From a virus (Duplodnaviria; Caudoviricetes): a DNA stretch of 64,000 nucleotides. The stretch covers positions 1-64,000 of the IMG/VR virus record IMGVR_UViG_3300011442_000001; one strand, given 5' to 3'. A program made the translations under genes and the position numbers. The notes under the pieces are model-generated. The model was not told the origin of the DNA. It saw nothing but the letters and a program-made list of their open reading frames with translations, and made no database searches. Positions 1 to 9,200 of this stretch are shown piece after piece; within the stretch, counting starts at the first letter, position 1; every line of letters begins with the position of its first letter.

Positions 1-938
1 TCCTTGGCAATTTCTAAATTCTGTTTCGTGGCTCTTTTTGAGGAGAGAACATCCAAGAACTGTGGCTCGGAGGGAACCTTGAGAGTTACAGCCAGCTTTC
101 TTATCCTATTAATAATGTGGGCATTTCTGCTGGACTTGAACGCCAGAAAAATCATCTTATAGCGGTAGAAAATCTCCGCCAGACGTTGTACACCATACTT
201 CCCTACATACATGACCAGAAGTGCTTCCGTAACGGAATTTTTCTTCGCCTTGATTTCAATGAAAGTTCTGGCATTTTTGATGAGCATGGTTTGCCCGGTT
301 GTTTTGTAGACAAGATAACGCAGAAATTCTTCAGGATTACTTGGAACCATCTTGAAGGAATCGTACAGGAGGATGGAGAATTCCCGATTTCTCACCTGAG
401 AGATTTCTTCAGGAGTTACCTTGGTTACTGTCAGGATTTCCAGCACGGCTTGCAGGGTCTCATCCTTCAGGGCAATTCCGGTGTTCAAAAGCCCCAGAGT
501 TTTCTCCTTCAATTCCCCCAGAGTATATCCGTGAATAACTTTCAATTCAAGTTTCGGCATTTCTGGAATCTGAAGTTCTTCAAGGGGAATATACACCATT
601 TCTGGATGTTCTTCTCCTGTAAGATATTCAATTCCATATGTAGTGAAATAGTGGATGATTTGTTCTATCACAAGTTGATAGATGGAAGCTGTGGCAATTT
701 TCTCCCACGATTTGTGGAAGGAGGAATTAGCCTGTTCTCCAGAAATGCCAATTCTCTCATAAATATTTGCCAAACTTCCAATTGAATAGTTCCCCAAAAC
801 TTCAGGGGAAAAGATAAAACCCCTCTTAACAGTAGCATTAAGCAGGGTTTTATATGGAACTTCTACTTTTCCTTTATCCTGTACGGGAAGTCCATTGAAA
901 AGGTACAGGGTAGCATCAATCAAAGAAACTGCTGACAT
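1..938 (-). CDS. Conserved phage alpha-helical protein, N-terminal part, running off the window edge; possibly a TROVE/Ro-like-TerD fusion family member
   Basis: Not in the ORF track because it has no stop in the window. ATG at 938 with AGGAGA RBS, open to base 1: MSAVSLIDATLYLFNGLP...NSSFHKSWEKIATASIYQLVIEQIIHYFTTYG... The family assignment is from recall of the FHKSW...HYFTTYG motif and needs HHpred. Confidence 0.75.
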   Translation of the reverse strand, partial: MSAVSLIDATLYLFNGLPVQDKGKVEVPYKTLLNATVKRGFIFSPEVLGNYSIGSLANIYERIGISGEQANSSFHKSWEKIATASIYQLVIEQIIHYFTTYGIEYLTGEEHPEMVYIPLEELQIPEMPKLELKVIHGYTLGELKEKTLGLLNTGIALKDETLQAVLEILTVTKVTPEEISQVRNREFSILLYDSFKMVPSNPEEFLRYLVYKTTGQTMLIKNARTFIEIKAKKNSVTEALLVMYVGKYGVQRLAEIFYRYKMIFLAFKSSRNAHIINRIRKLAVTLKVPSEPQFLDVLSSKRATKQNLEIAK

Positions 939-959
939 TTTTCTCCTATTCTGTTAAAC

Positions 960-1526
960 TTAAAAGAACGGGAAAATATCAATTAACTTTTCCCGAAATT
1001 CCGCTGTGAATCCATCACAGCACTGTACACTAAATTCATACTTACTGGAATAGTAGGAAATTTCTGCATGTACTGACTTGACTTGTTCTGGGAACTTAGT
1101 ATCCCATAAATGATGCACACAATTCAACCATGAAGAATTATCTGGAAAGGACAGGGAATATTGTCTCATGGCTTGCAGTATATATTCTTGGTCTAAGTTT
1201 TTGTACCCCAAAGCTACAGAAATCTGCTCATAACCTTCAATACCCCACTTTAGATTAAAAACTACATAGGAATCTGACTCTCCTTTTCTTTCCAGAAACT
1301 TGTTGGTTTTCTTAATCAAGAAATGGTTAAGAAGAACTTCTTTTGCCGGAGGAATAGTCAGATTCTTCTCAGAAGCTTTTGTGACCTGTTTTCTAGTTAA
1401 AACCAGACGAGAATGCCTGCCAGAAATTACGAAATGATTTGGGTCTAAGGTGAAAAGAATTTCTTTCGCCTGACCGTTTATCAGCACAGATTGTTTCATG
1501 ATATTTTTCCTTATTTTTCTAGACAT
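960..1526 (-). CDS. Hypothetical protein (start may be 1499)
   Basis: 188-aa ORF co-oriented with neighbours. Confidence 0.6.
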   Translation of the reverse strand: MSRKIRKNIMKQSVLINGQAKEILFTLDPNHFVISGRHSRLVLTRKQVTKASEKNLTIPPAKEVLLNHFLIKKTNKFLERKGESDSYVVFNLKWGIEGYEQISVALGYKNLDQEYILQAMRQYSLSFPDNSSWLNCVHHLWDTKFPEQVKSVHAEISYYSSKYEFSVQCCDGFTAEFREKLIDIFPFF

Positions 1527-1579
1527 TGGCGAGTAGTAAAGTTTCGCAAAAGGAATTTAGAGGAACTACTTATGCCAAT
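1525..1579 (-). ncRNA. Structured repeat motif, copy 1 (GGC-ANA-stem-TCCTYTAAA...stem'-C-GCC)
   Basis: Minus strand GGC ATA AGTAGT TCCTCTAAA...T ACTACT C GCC; outer stem extended by ATT/AAT. Confidence 0.65.
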
Positions 1580-1590
1580 TTATTTGCGAC

Positions 1591-1642
1591 GGGCGGGAAG
1601 TAAGTAAATTGTATGAGAATTTTAAAGGAAGTTCCTTTGCCC
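1591..1642 (-). ncRNA. Structured repeat motif, copy 2
   Basis: Minus strand GGGC AAA GGAACT TCCTTTAAA...T ACTTCC C GCCC; one C-C mismatch in the inner stem. Confidence 0.6.
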
Positions 1643-1698
1643 AAATAGCGGGAGATAAATCAAAGAATATTTGTTTGTTAGAGGAATCTCCTATGCCT

Positions 1699-2073
1699 TT
1701 ATTCTCTTTCTTGGAAGACTGTTCTTCCAGTGTACTTTCTCCCAGAATCAAACGACAGGGAGTTATCCACATATCTTTCAAAGATAATTGCAATTGCTTT
1801 ATCTATGCTTTCTTCATAGAAAAGCTCACTATCCATAACTTCGGGATAAATTGCATTCAAAAAAGCCTGTCCAAATCTTTGACCAATATACTTGTGATTT
1901 GGAAACTTTTCTTTTGTGAAAAAATCTAGATAAAAATCCACATAGGAGTGACTGGAAATTCCTTCCAACTCTTCTGAAATAACAAATCCCTCACAACTTC
2001 CTTTACTATTTACACAGCAATAATCTTCATTGAGAGGAATTATCTCATGACAGTGAGAACAAATTTTTAACAT
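1699..2073 (-). CDS. Hypothetical protein with N-terminal Cys cluster
   Basis: 124-aa ORF, CSHC...CC...C. Confidence 0.6.
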   Translation of the reverse strand: MLKICSHCHEIIPLNEDYCCVNSKGSCEGFVISEELEGISSHSYVDFYLDFFTKEKFPNHKYIGQRFGQAFLNAIYPEVMDSELFYEESIDKAIAIIFERYVDNSLSFDSGRKYTGRTVFQERE

Positions 2074-2076
2074 GAT

Positions 2077-2298
2077 TTACTCCAGTACTTCAATGGTGAT
2101 TTTCACAGGAAGAATCTCTGTAAACCAATCTTTCTGAAAAGAACTTAAAACATGATGCTGCCAATATTCTGCTTCACCTCTTGTCAAAAATTTTTCGGCA
2201 CGTTCCAAGGTAAAAACCGATGTTTCTTCTCTTTTGAAAAACATATCACGCTTTACATTGGAAAGAATCCAACGATTTTTGACCAAAATTTGGGCCAT
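2077..2298 (-). CDS. Hypothetical protein
   Basis: The ATG at 2298 has an AAGGAG RBS; the longer 2340 start would overlap structured motif copy 3. Confidence 0.6.
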   Translation of the reverse strand: MAQILVKNRWILSNVKRDMFFKREETSVFTLERAEKFLTRGEAEYWQHHVLSSFQKDWFTEILPVKITIEVLE

Positions 2299-2316
2299 TT
2301 TATTTCTCCTTGATTT

Positions 2317-2373
2317 TACTGGCGGAATGTAGATAGACATGTGAGGTTTTTAAAGGAACATTCTGTGCCGGTA
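2317..2373 (-). ncRNA. Structured repeat motif, copy 3
   Basis: Minus strand GGC ACA GAATGT TCCTTTAAA...T ACATTC C GCC; intergenic. Confidence 0.65.
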
Positions 2374-3140
2374 TTTTACTTGGTTTCTGTCGGATGCAAT
2401 TCTGCATCCCACTGCTTGAGAAGTTTGGAGACATCTTCCGGGGTACATCCTGCCATGATTAACTTCAAAGATGCACCAGCTTCGTTGCAAAATCCAGCCA
2501 TAAATAGCTGGTAAATTTCTAGAACTCTTTTAGCTTCCATTTATTCTCACTATCTTGTGTAAGTTCTAGTGTAGATTTGGTCTACGACACAGCCGGGATG
2601 AACTCTTTCCACATAATGATGCATGGTTTCTCCAAATCGAAGATGCACAAACTCTACTTGAGAATTCCCCTCAGCATTTTCTAGAACAACAACATAGAAT
2701 TCATTGTCATATACTTCTTCCATAACATTCTCCTAGGTATTATTTCCTGTTCTATTGAAGAACATAATTATGGCCCAAATAGGCCAGAAAATTGCTTTTA
2801 GAATTACTAATACAATTACTTCTCCGAGTCTAAACTCTGCAAAAAAAGTAGTGATAAAACCTGCCACGTAAAGCACGATAAAAAAGATTATCATTGATTT
2901 GTCCTAAAAAATCATCTTAAGTAATGATAAGATAAGGAATAGAAACATCCCTACATCAAACAGAGCCACCAAAAGCATCAGAAAAAGTTTGCAAACAGTC
3001 TCTAAATCTTTCATAGTAATTATCCTGAAAAATACTTGACGATTTCTGAGAAAAGCATAAATACCGTCGCTGTACCGAAAATTAGAATTAAAATAGCAGC
3101 TAAATCTTCAAACGATAAGTTTTGCAAACTTTTTTTCATT

Positions 3141-3410
3141 TTATTTCTCCTTAACTATTTCTACGCCATTAGATGGAATTAATCCACCATGAATAGACAG
3201 AATTTTGTAGGGAACTCCACCAACAGCTTCTGAGAGTTCTTCCACAGTTATTTCCACAATGTCAAATCCTCCAACGGAAACTGCCTTGGCAGAATTATTG
3301 ATAGAAGCATACTCAGCCTGCTCATAAGTATTTCCTCCAACAAAACTTTCCCCATCATGAAGTAGCATAGTTTTATTCTCGTTCTTGACACGAAATCTTA
3401 ATAGAAACAT
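3141..3410 (-). CDS. Hypothetical protein
   Basis: 89-aa ORF with RBS, tightly packed with neighbours. Confidence 0.6.
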   Translation of the reverse strand: MFLLRFRVKNENKTMLLHDGESFVGGNTYEQAEYASINNSAKAVSVGGFDIVEITVEELSEAVGGVPYKILSIHGGLIPSNGVEIVKEK

Positions 3411-3411
3411 T

Positions 3412-3687
3412 TTATCCTCTGCTTTCTATGAAAAACATTACAGATTCCAGAGTTGAAATTTTACGAGATGTTATCTCTAACTCGTCAAGACACCAACTAT
3501 CCACGTAATCTACTGTGGGAATATCATGCAAAAAATTGCAATATCCCGTCAATAAAGCTAATGCTTGCAGAATTGTTTCATGTAAATCTGCAAAGTTATC
3601 TGGGCGAATATGCCTATGCTTCATAAAGTCAAAAATTTTAGCAGAATTTGAAGCTCTTTCTTGCCCTTTGGTTATTCTATGTGCCAT
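3412..3687 (-). CDS. Hypothetical protein
   Basis: 91-aa ORF, AAGGAG RBS. Confidence 0.6.
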   Translation of the reverse strand: MAHRITKGQERASNSAKIFDFMKHRHIRPDNFADLHETILQALALLTGYCNFLHDIPTVDYVDSWCLDELEITSRKISTLESVMFFIESRG

Positions 3688-3728
3688 AATATTTCTCCTT
3701 AGCTTTTGGCCTATTAAATTTGTACGTA

Positions 3729-3803
3729 GTCCCTGTCTTGGGATTCGAACCCAAAACCTACAGCTTAGAAGGCTGGTGCTCTGTCCGTTGAGCTAGACAG
3801 GGA
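3729..3803 (-). tRNA. tRNA-Arg(UCU)
   Basis: Acceptor TCCCTGT/ACAGGGA, D arm AGCTCAACGGACAGAGC, anticodon loop CTTCTAA, T loop TTCGAAT; no encoded CCA. Confidence 0.9.
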
Positions 3804-3980
3804 AAATCTCCCCAATTTCTTGAGGAGAACTTTCACAGAAATTACCGTATATCTAATTCCAGACCGGGAATGATGGTTGTTGGCCGCACCCCGCCAGCAA
3901 AATTCCCCCCAAAATCACCAGCAAGGTAAGTATGAACTTTTTCATTTGCAGAAACTCCTTTCTAAATTGTCTGAAATTTC

Positions 3981-4226
3981 TTACCAAGAACGAACTAAAT
4001 TTTCTCCTTTCTTTTTCTTGAATTTCTTTCCACCACGACAGTTTGAACAGAGATTTATCCCACAGGATTTTACTTTCTGTCCAGCAACCATTTTGGGAGG
4101 AAGCTTGACCACTTTTACATGGTCTTTACTGCCACAGTTCTCACAGGAAATACGCTCACGAGTTCTTGCGTCAGGTCTTGTTTCCAATTCATGCAGAGCC
4201 TTTTCATCATCCTGAAACTTGTACAT
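3981..4226 (-). CDS. Small zinc-finger-like protein
   Basis: CENC...CSNC pairs. Confidence 0.6.
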   Translation of the reverse strand: MYKFQDDEKALHELETRPDARTRERISCENCGSKDHVKVVKLPPKMVAGQKVKSCGINLCSNCRGGKKFKKKKGENLVRSW

Positions 4227-4507
4227 TATTTCCTCTGCTTGGAACCTGTCGGGCGGGATTTCTTGAAAGAACGCTTGACATTTACCTGACGCTGTTTCTT
4301 GGCAAGTTTCACTGCCTTTTTTGTGGAGGATTTATCCTTACGGGTAATTCCAACCCCACGTTTCTTTTCTGAATGCTGAGAAGTTGCATGGGAAAATATT
4401 CCACGAACTTGCAGACGAAGCTGGCGGCTAAGTTCTTCCGCTATCTTCTTTTCAGCAGTTTTCTGCTCAAGCATTTTTCCCATTCCAGCAAAATCAAGCT
4501 CATTCAT
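4226..4507 (-). CDS. Basic hypothetical protein
   Basis: 93 aa, Lys/Arg-rich C-terminus, AGGAG RBS. Confidence 0.6.
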   Translation of the reverse strand: MNELDFAGMGKMLEQKTAEKKIAEELSRQLRLQVRGIFSHATSQHSEKKRGVGITRKDKSSTKKAVKLAKKQRQVNVKRSFKKSRPTGSKQRK

Positions 4508-4544
4508 TTTATTTCTCCTAATTAGATTTGATTGAAATTACTTA

Positions 4545-4829
4545 CTACATTCCTGCACGGATTAGCAGGACATGATTAATCCAAAAAGCCAGAGGAACAA
4601 GTATCAGGCAAAGCAGGCCAAGAATTCTCAGCCAACGTCTGACATTTGCCTTGTCCACATTACTGTAGTTTTTGTTGTTGTCATATACCTGCATAGTTCC
4701 TTTGTCAGTTTTGATGACAGTTCTGCCATCCTTTTTCTGGTGAAGTTCAACACCATTTTTTCCAGCGACATAGTCCACAACTTCATGTCCGTTTACGGGA
4801 TTAAACAGGGTGGTCTTTTTCTTAGCCAT
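4545..4829 (-). CDS. Hypothetical protein with C-terminal transmembrane helix
   Basis: Likely start MAKKK at 4829 after GGAGG; hydrophobic ILGLLCLILVPLAFWI. Confidence 0.55.
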   Translation of the reverse strand: MAKKKTTLFNPVNGHEVVDYVAGKNGVELHQKKDGRTVIKTDKGTMQVYDNNKNYSNVDKANVRRWLRILGLLCLILVPLAFWINHVLLIRAGM

Positions 4830-5139
4830 TTTCTTCCTCCGTTTCCTTGGCAACACCCGATGCGACAACTTCTACAGCGGGGTAAACGTACATAATCTCA
4901 CCAAGAATGTTCTCAAAAAGTTTTGTGGCAGTTTCCAGCGACATCCCCTTCAGGTGAAACTCAATAACAATTCTTTCTTCATTTACCATCAGATTTTCTC
5001 CTAGACAATAACCAGCACAAGTCCTACCACAATTGCTAGTGGTACTAGACATGAACCGATTCCTGTAAGAACTGCTCCATCAAAAACTACTGGAATTAGT
5101 GGGGCAATTCCTACGCAAAGTAGACACACACCGGCAAAT

Positions 5140-5661
5140 TTATGAATCATAAGCTTCCTCTTCCTGCGAAAATTTCAACCAAAGTTGTTTAGAATTTGGT
5201 GGTTGATTTGGTATTCTAATATCTTCCAAACTAATTTCCAATTCTTTCTCTATGAAAGGAAGATATAAAAATCTACTAAAAATTCCGTTCCACGTCCAAT
5301 ATTTCTTCAAATTTTCCAGAAGAAACCTAGCAGAAACTTCATGCCATAATTTGTATTTTTCTGCTGTAACTTCTCCTCCACCAGCTTCTACGATACAATT
5401 ATCCCACAAAATTCCAATATGAGGAGGAGTCCAGATTTCATCATTATTAAATTCAGCAGAAAAAGACAAAGATTCATTCTGTTGAAATCTTTTAAATTCT
5501 TCGCTGTAGTAAAGATACACAATGGACATATTTGCCAATTTTTCGGGCATATTTTTCTCTAGCCATCTGTGGAAAGAGAGCGCGAAAACTCCGCAGCCCC
5601 CATTATTGATGGTAGGAATGCATCCAAAAAACTTGATAACTTCTTCTGGAGTTTTCTTCAT
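5140..5661 (-). CDS. Hypothetical protein, possible Cys-His enzyme
   Basis: INNGGCGVFA...PHI...E motif. Confidence 0.55.
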   Translation of the reverse strand: MKKTPEEVIKFFGCIPTINNGGCGVFALSFHRWLEKNMPEKLANMSIVYLYYSEEFKRFQQNESLSFSAEFNNDEIWTPPHIGILWDNCIVEAGGGEVTAEKYKLWHEVSARFLLENLKKYWTWNGIFSRFLYLPFIEKELEISLEDIRIPNQPPNSKQLWLKFSQEEEAYDS

Positions 5662-6038
5662 GATTTGCCTCTAATGAGAAAGAATTGCCATGCAAAGCAG
5701 GGAAAGTGCGCCAGCAAGGAGCATCTGCCTTTCTCCAACAATTCCCATAGTAGAAAGAAGGCTGTAAAAAAGCACAAAAATTACTACACCACAGATTAGT
5801 ATAACAAATATTTTCATGATACTCTCCTATCGGGAAAGAGTGCAAAGAATAGCCATAAATAGAATGAATACAATTAGCCAGAAGAATTTACTGACAAAAA
5901 TCTGGCGAAAAAAGCTCTTACGTCTTTCTTCAAACTTAGGATAAGAATCACTCTCAGATTCTTTCAACTTACTAAATAAATCATCTAGGTCAGGTTTCTT
6001 GCTCACTTTTTACCTCATTTCTTTTATAGAAAAAAGAC

Positions 6039-6082
6039 TTACAGAAGCCTTTTAGGGTAGGGGACTTAAAAGGCTTCTGTAA
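6039..6082. terminator. Strong hairpin / terminator
   Basis: Perfect 16-bp inverted repeat TTACAGAAGCCTTTTA/TAAAAGGCTTCTGTAA downstream of the lipoprotein gene. Confidence 0.7.
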
Positions 6083-6112
6083 ATCCCCCTAAATTTTATT
6101 CAATTGTTTTTT

Positions 6113-6832
6113 CTAGCTGTTCCCGTGGTCTTCGTTATGGTGGTCTTCCGATGAATTTTCGCCGTCGTGCTTGTTCTGGTCATCATGGTCGTTATTGTCT
6201 GGCTTATCGTTCCCGTAATGATTCCCATGATTTTCGCCGTCATCATTACACGGAGGCGGGGTAGGAGTTTGGCAGGGAGGTTCCGTGGGCTTGGGCTTGT
6301 GAGTTTTCGTAGGTGGAACTTCCGTGGGAACCTGCGTAGGAGTTTTTGTGGGTTTCACTGTTGGCTCAGGACTCGGAGTGGAAGTTGCCGGGGGAACTGG
6401 CGTGGAAGTTTCCACAAAAGTTGGAGCAGGAATGATGGTGTTCTCCGCCGTTGGTACACTCGTTGTAACTTCTGTGGGGAAAACTGTGGCCGTAACCCGT
6501 ACCCGAATTTTCTTGACAATATTTGCCAATTTTGCGATGGGGGTTTCCACGACACCCTTTCCATCATATGTCAGGCAATATGGGTCAGGGCTGATGTACA
6601 AATCTCCTGTGGCCCTGTCTGCGCTACAATCTCCGCCGCCGATGTAGTTGATATGTTCAGAAAGAATTTCCACAGGTTTTTCAACCAGAACAGGCTGGGA
6701 AATTTCCTTCTGAACTGCTGTTGGAGTGGGCTGGGGAGTTGCTGTGGGAGAACATGCGGAAAAAAGCACGACAAGGGCTACTGCAACAACCAGCAGACAG
6801 TACGCAGTGGTATATTTAATTGTGCAAAACAT
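6113..6832 (-). CDS. Pro/Thr-rich lipoprotein with His/Asn/Asp-rich tail
   Basis: Hydrophobic signal ending in the lipobox LFSAC, PTATPQPTPT-type linkers, NHGNHYGND tail. Confidence 0.75.
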   Translation of the reverse strand: MFCTIKYTTAYCLLVVAVALVVLFSACSPTATPQPTPTAVQKEISQPVLVEKPVEILSEHINYIGGGDCSADRATGDLYISPDPYCLTYDGKGVVETPIAKLANIVKKIRVRVTATVFPTEVTTSVPTAENTIIPAPTFVETSTPVPPATSTPSPEPTVKPTKTPTQVPTEVPPTKTHKPKPTEPPCQTPTPPPCNDDGENHGNHYGNDKPDNNDHDDQNKHDGENSSEDHHNEDHGNS

Positions 6833-7243
6833 TTCGAAATCTCCTTGTAGAATTTTACTTACAGAACTTGCTCATATTTTAGGTACTAAAGATAGAAAGG
6901 ATTTTTAACCAGTTTCATATCTATAATTTTGTATCAGGCAGCTTTCCGCTTCTGCCGCATAGAATTACCTCCTTTTTTATTTGTTGAATTATTCAGGATT
7001 CTCTTCCCTCAAAAAATCTAGGAAGACTTTCTGGCGTCGTATTCTGCCTTATTTTTTGCCATTTGTAGCTTCTGTTCTTCCGAAGAAAGGCTGGCAAACT
7101 CTGCCATACGAACTTTGGCACGTTCCACACGACTGCGTTTCTTGTAATTTCTGACTGTGGTTCTCATATCAAATCTCCTTGTCATAAATTTTTAAGAGGA
7201 ATTATTTCTAATCCTCCACAACACAAATTTTCTCAATTTCTTT

Positions 7244-7855
7244 CTATTCCGGTTCTGACAACTCTTCGTAAGGATATGTTACTGATAAACTCTCTGAGAC
7301 ATTTTCTATAGAACTTTTTTCTATTATTTTTCTCATCTGTTCTGTGTGGACAGTACTTTCGACAGGAATACCAAAATAATCCATAATATCTGACCACTCA
7401 GTTCCGTGTAGGACACATCGTATTTCCTTATTATAAATCTGTTCTGCCAGTGCGTGGCAAACTTCGTGGGGAATTGTTAGAAAATAAATCTCACCGGGAA
7501 ATGCTCTAAGAACAGGCATAGAAATTCTAATAGAATGTTTGGTTATAATTCTATCAGGAAATTTTCCTTGGATATATTGTCCACAATCTCCCATAATTAT
7601 CATGAACTGTTTTAGAGTCAAATTATTTCTAGGAAAGAAATTAGCTTCAATTTTTTCAGCCTTCAGGCCAAATTCCCTGCAACCATACCAGTACCAATCT
7701 CTGACAAGATTATTGCACATAGTCCATAGAACTTTTTGTGTGCCATTTTCTGCAACTTCCTCAAATCTCTCGAATCTATGGGATAAAGATTCAGGACTAT
7801 GTTTAAAAAATCTGGAAGGATTTCTAGAAATTTGATAATCCACATTAGTCAACAT
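7244..7855 (-). CDS. SprT-like zinc metalloprotease
   Basis: TIPHEVCHA...HGTEW motif. Confidence 0.75.
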   Translation of the reverse strand: MLTNVDYQISRNPSRFFKHSPESLSHRFERFEEVAENGTQKVLWTMCNNLVRDWYWYGCREFGLKAEKIEANFFPRNNLTLKQFMIIMGDCGQYIQGKFPDRIITKHSIRISMPVLRAFPGEIYFLTIPHEVCHALAEQIYNKEIRCVLHGTEWSDIMDYFGIPVESTVHTEQMRKIIEKSSIENVSESLSVTYPYEELSEPE

Positions 7856-7896
7856 TTTTCACCTCAAATAATTTGAAGAACTTTTCTGATTAAACC

Positions 7897-8145
7897 TCAA
7901 TTCCATTCCTTGATAGTGTATTCTCCAGAAAGAACCCACACATCAATGTGTATATTTTCTCCTGATGGTTCCACCAGACAAACTTTTTTAGAAAGAAGAA
8001 ACAGATAAACTTCCCTCCATGTTTTCATGCAATAAATATTGCACTCAGTTTCCAGACAATTATGGTACATCATATTTCCCTTAGCAATTTCTATGGAAAT
8101 ATAATCACTGCCGTTTTCAGGAATACTTTCAAGAACTATGTACAT
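7897..8145 (-). CDS. Hypothetical protein
   Basis: 82-aa ORF in operon. Confidence 0.55.
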   Translation of the reverse strand: MYIVLESIPENGSDYISIEIAKGNMMYHNCLETECNIYCMKTWREVYLFLLSKKVCLVEPSGENIHIDVWVLSGEYTIKEWN

Positions 8146-8154
8146 GATTTTTCT

Positions 8155-8580
8155 CTATTCTACATCTACAACTTGGGCAACTTTATTGCCACGAATTTTA
8201 CTGCAATCATAATGATGATGTTTATTAGGAACTTTACCAAACTTTATCATAACAAATTCCCACAAACAGGAATGAAGAACTCCGTCCGGCCACATTTCCT
8301 TGAAAAATTCATTGGCAATAATATGGGCAACTTCGTGGGGTACAGTTTGGGAAAGAAAAGTATCCATATTTTCCTGAGCAAGTTGCCAGTTATACTCGAT
8401 ACGAAAAAAGCTACAATTATTTCCTGTCCAAGCTTTTCCAGAAGTTTTTCCAGTCAAATCGAAGGTAATTTCCACTGGTTTTTCTTGCTGGGGAAATAGC
8501 TGGATTCCTAGACTGTACCATTTCATTGTAGTTTGGCGGATAATTTCCTGCTGGTCTTTCCACTCCAAAAGGTTATTCAT
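8155..8580 (-). CDS. SprT-like zinc metalloprotease
   Basis: FDLTGKTSGKAW...TVPHEVAH...H..LW...HHY, typical SprT pattern. Confidence 0.8.
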   Translation of the reverse strand: MNNLLEWKDQQEIIRQTTMKWYSLGIQLFPQQEKPVEITFDLTGKTSGKAWTGNNCSFFRIEYNWQLAQENMDTFLSQTVPHEVAHIIANEFFKEMWPDGVLHSCLWEFVMIKFGKVPNKHHHYDCSKIRGNKVAQVVDVE

Positions 8581-9200
8581 TTTACCTCCACGAATTTTCC
8601 ATCAACGTCCTTGTAGGAAATCAGCCTGAAGAATTCGTTAACAATTATCTCTGTCTTAATTCCGTCAATCCAAAATCGGGTGATTTTTTCACCAAAACTG
8701 TTTTGGTCAATTTCATAGTGGCATTTTTCAGGTGATTTTTTGATGGTCTGCTCATAAACTTCCATGAAAATCTCCACCAGAGGAACTTCCTGAGCAGTTT
8801 TGATGGAGCGAATAGTAGAAATCCACTCATGAGAAAATCCATCAGAACCGATTGTAGAAACTGGGTCTGAATTTTTCACAAAACTTCTGAAAGTGATTTC
8901 TGCATCATCCAGATTAATAGGCTTGCGTGAGATTATTTTCTGTGGAAGTTGGCGGAGCTTTTCTGTCTTGACTTTTCCCTTGAAAAGTTCTCCACGGGCA
9001 TTTACTGTAAGAGTTTCACCCTCGGAAAGCTGGGCAAATATCTCCATGAATTCCCAGTGAGAAATGAGCAGTGAGGAAATACGAGAAAGCTTGTCGGATT
9101 CTTTTCTGGCAGAAAGTTCATTCCAAGCTTTATCAGCCTTTTGTGCCAGATATTTCTTGGTATTTTCCTCTGAGATTTTTACTACGTCAAGTTCTTCCAT
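8577..9200 (-). CDS. Hypothetical protein (first early gene)
   Basis: 207-aa ORF, AGGAG RBS. Confidence 0.65.
   Translation of the reverse strand: MEELDVVKISEENTKKYLAQKADKAWNELSARKESDKLSRISSLLISHWEFMEIFAQLSEGETLTVNARGELFKGKVKTEKLRQLPQKIISRKPINLDDAEITFRSFVKNSDPVSTIGSDGFSHEWISTIRSIKTAQEVPLVEIFMEVYEQTIKKSPEKCHYEIDQNSFGEKITRFWIDGIKTEIIVNEFFRLISYKDVDGKFVEVK

Noticed and set aside
117-785. 222-aa plus-strand ORF, and the many other plus-strand ORFs outside 10.2-11.3 kb
   Set aside because: Antisense shadows of well-supported minus-strand genes; no RBS or recognisable motifs.
1525-1642. Tandem motif copies interpreted as a CRISPR mini-array
   Set aside because: The repeats are not identical, their stems covary, spacing is irregular, and there is no cas operon; the Cas4-like gene sits in the recombination module.
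1566-1793. 75-aa minus-strand ORF
   Set aside because: Overlaps the 1699-2073 gene and structured motif copies 1-2; no RBS.
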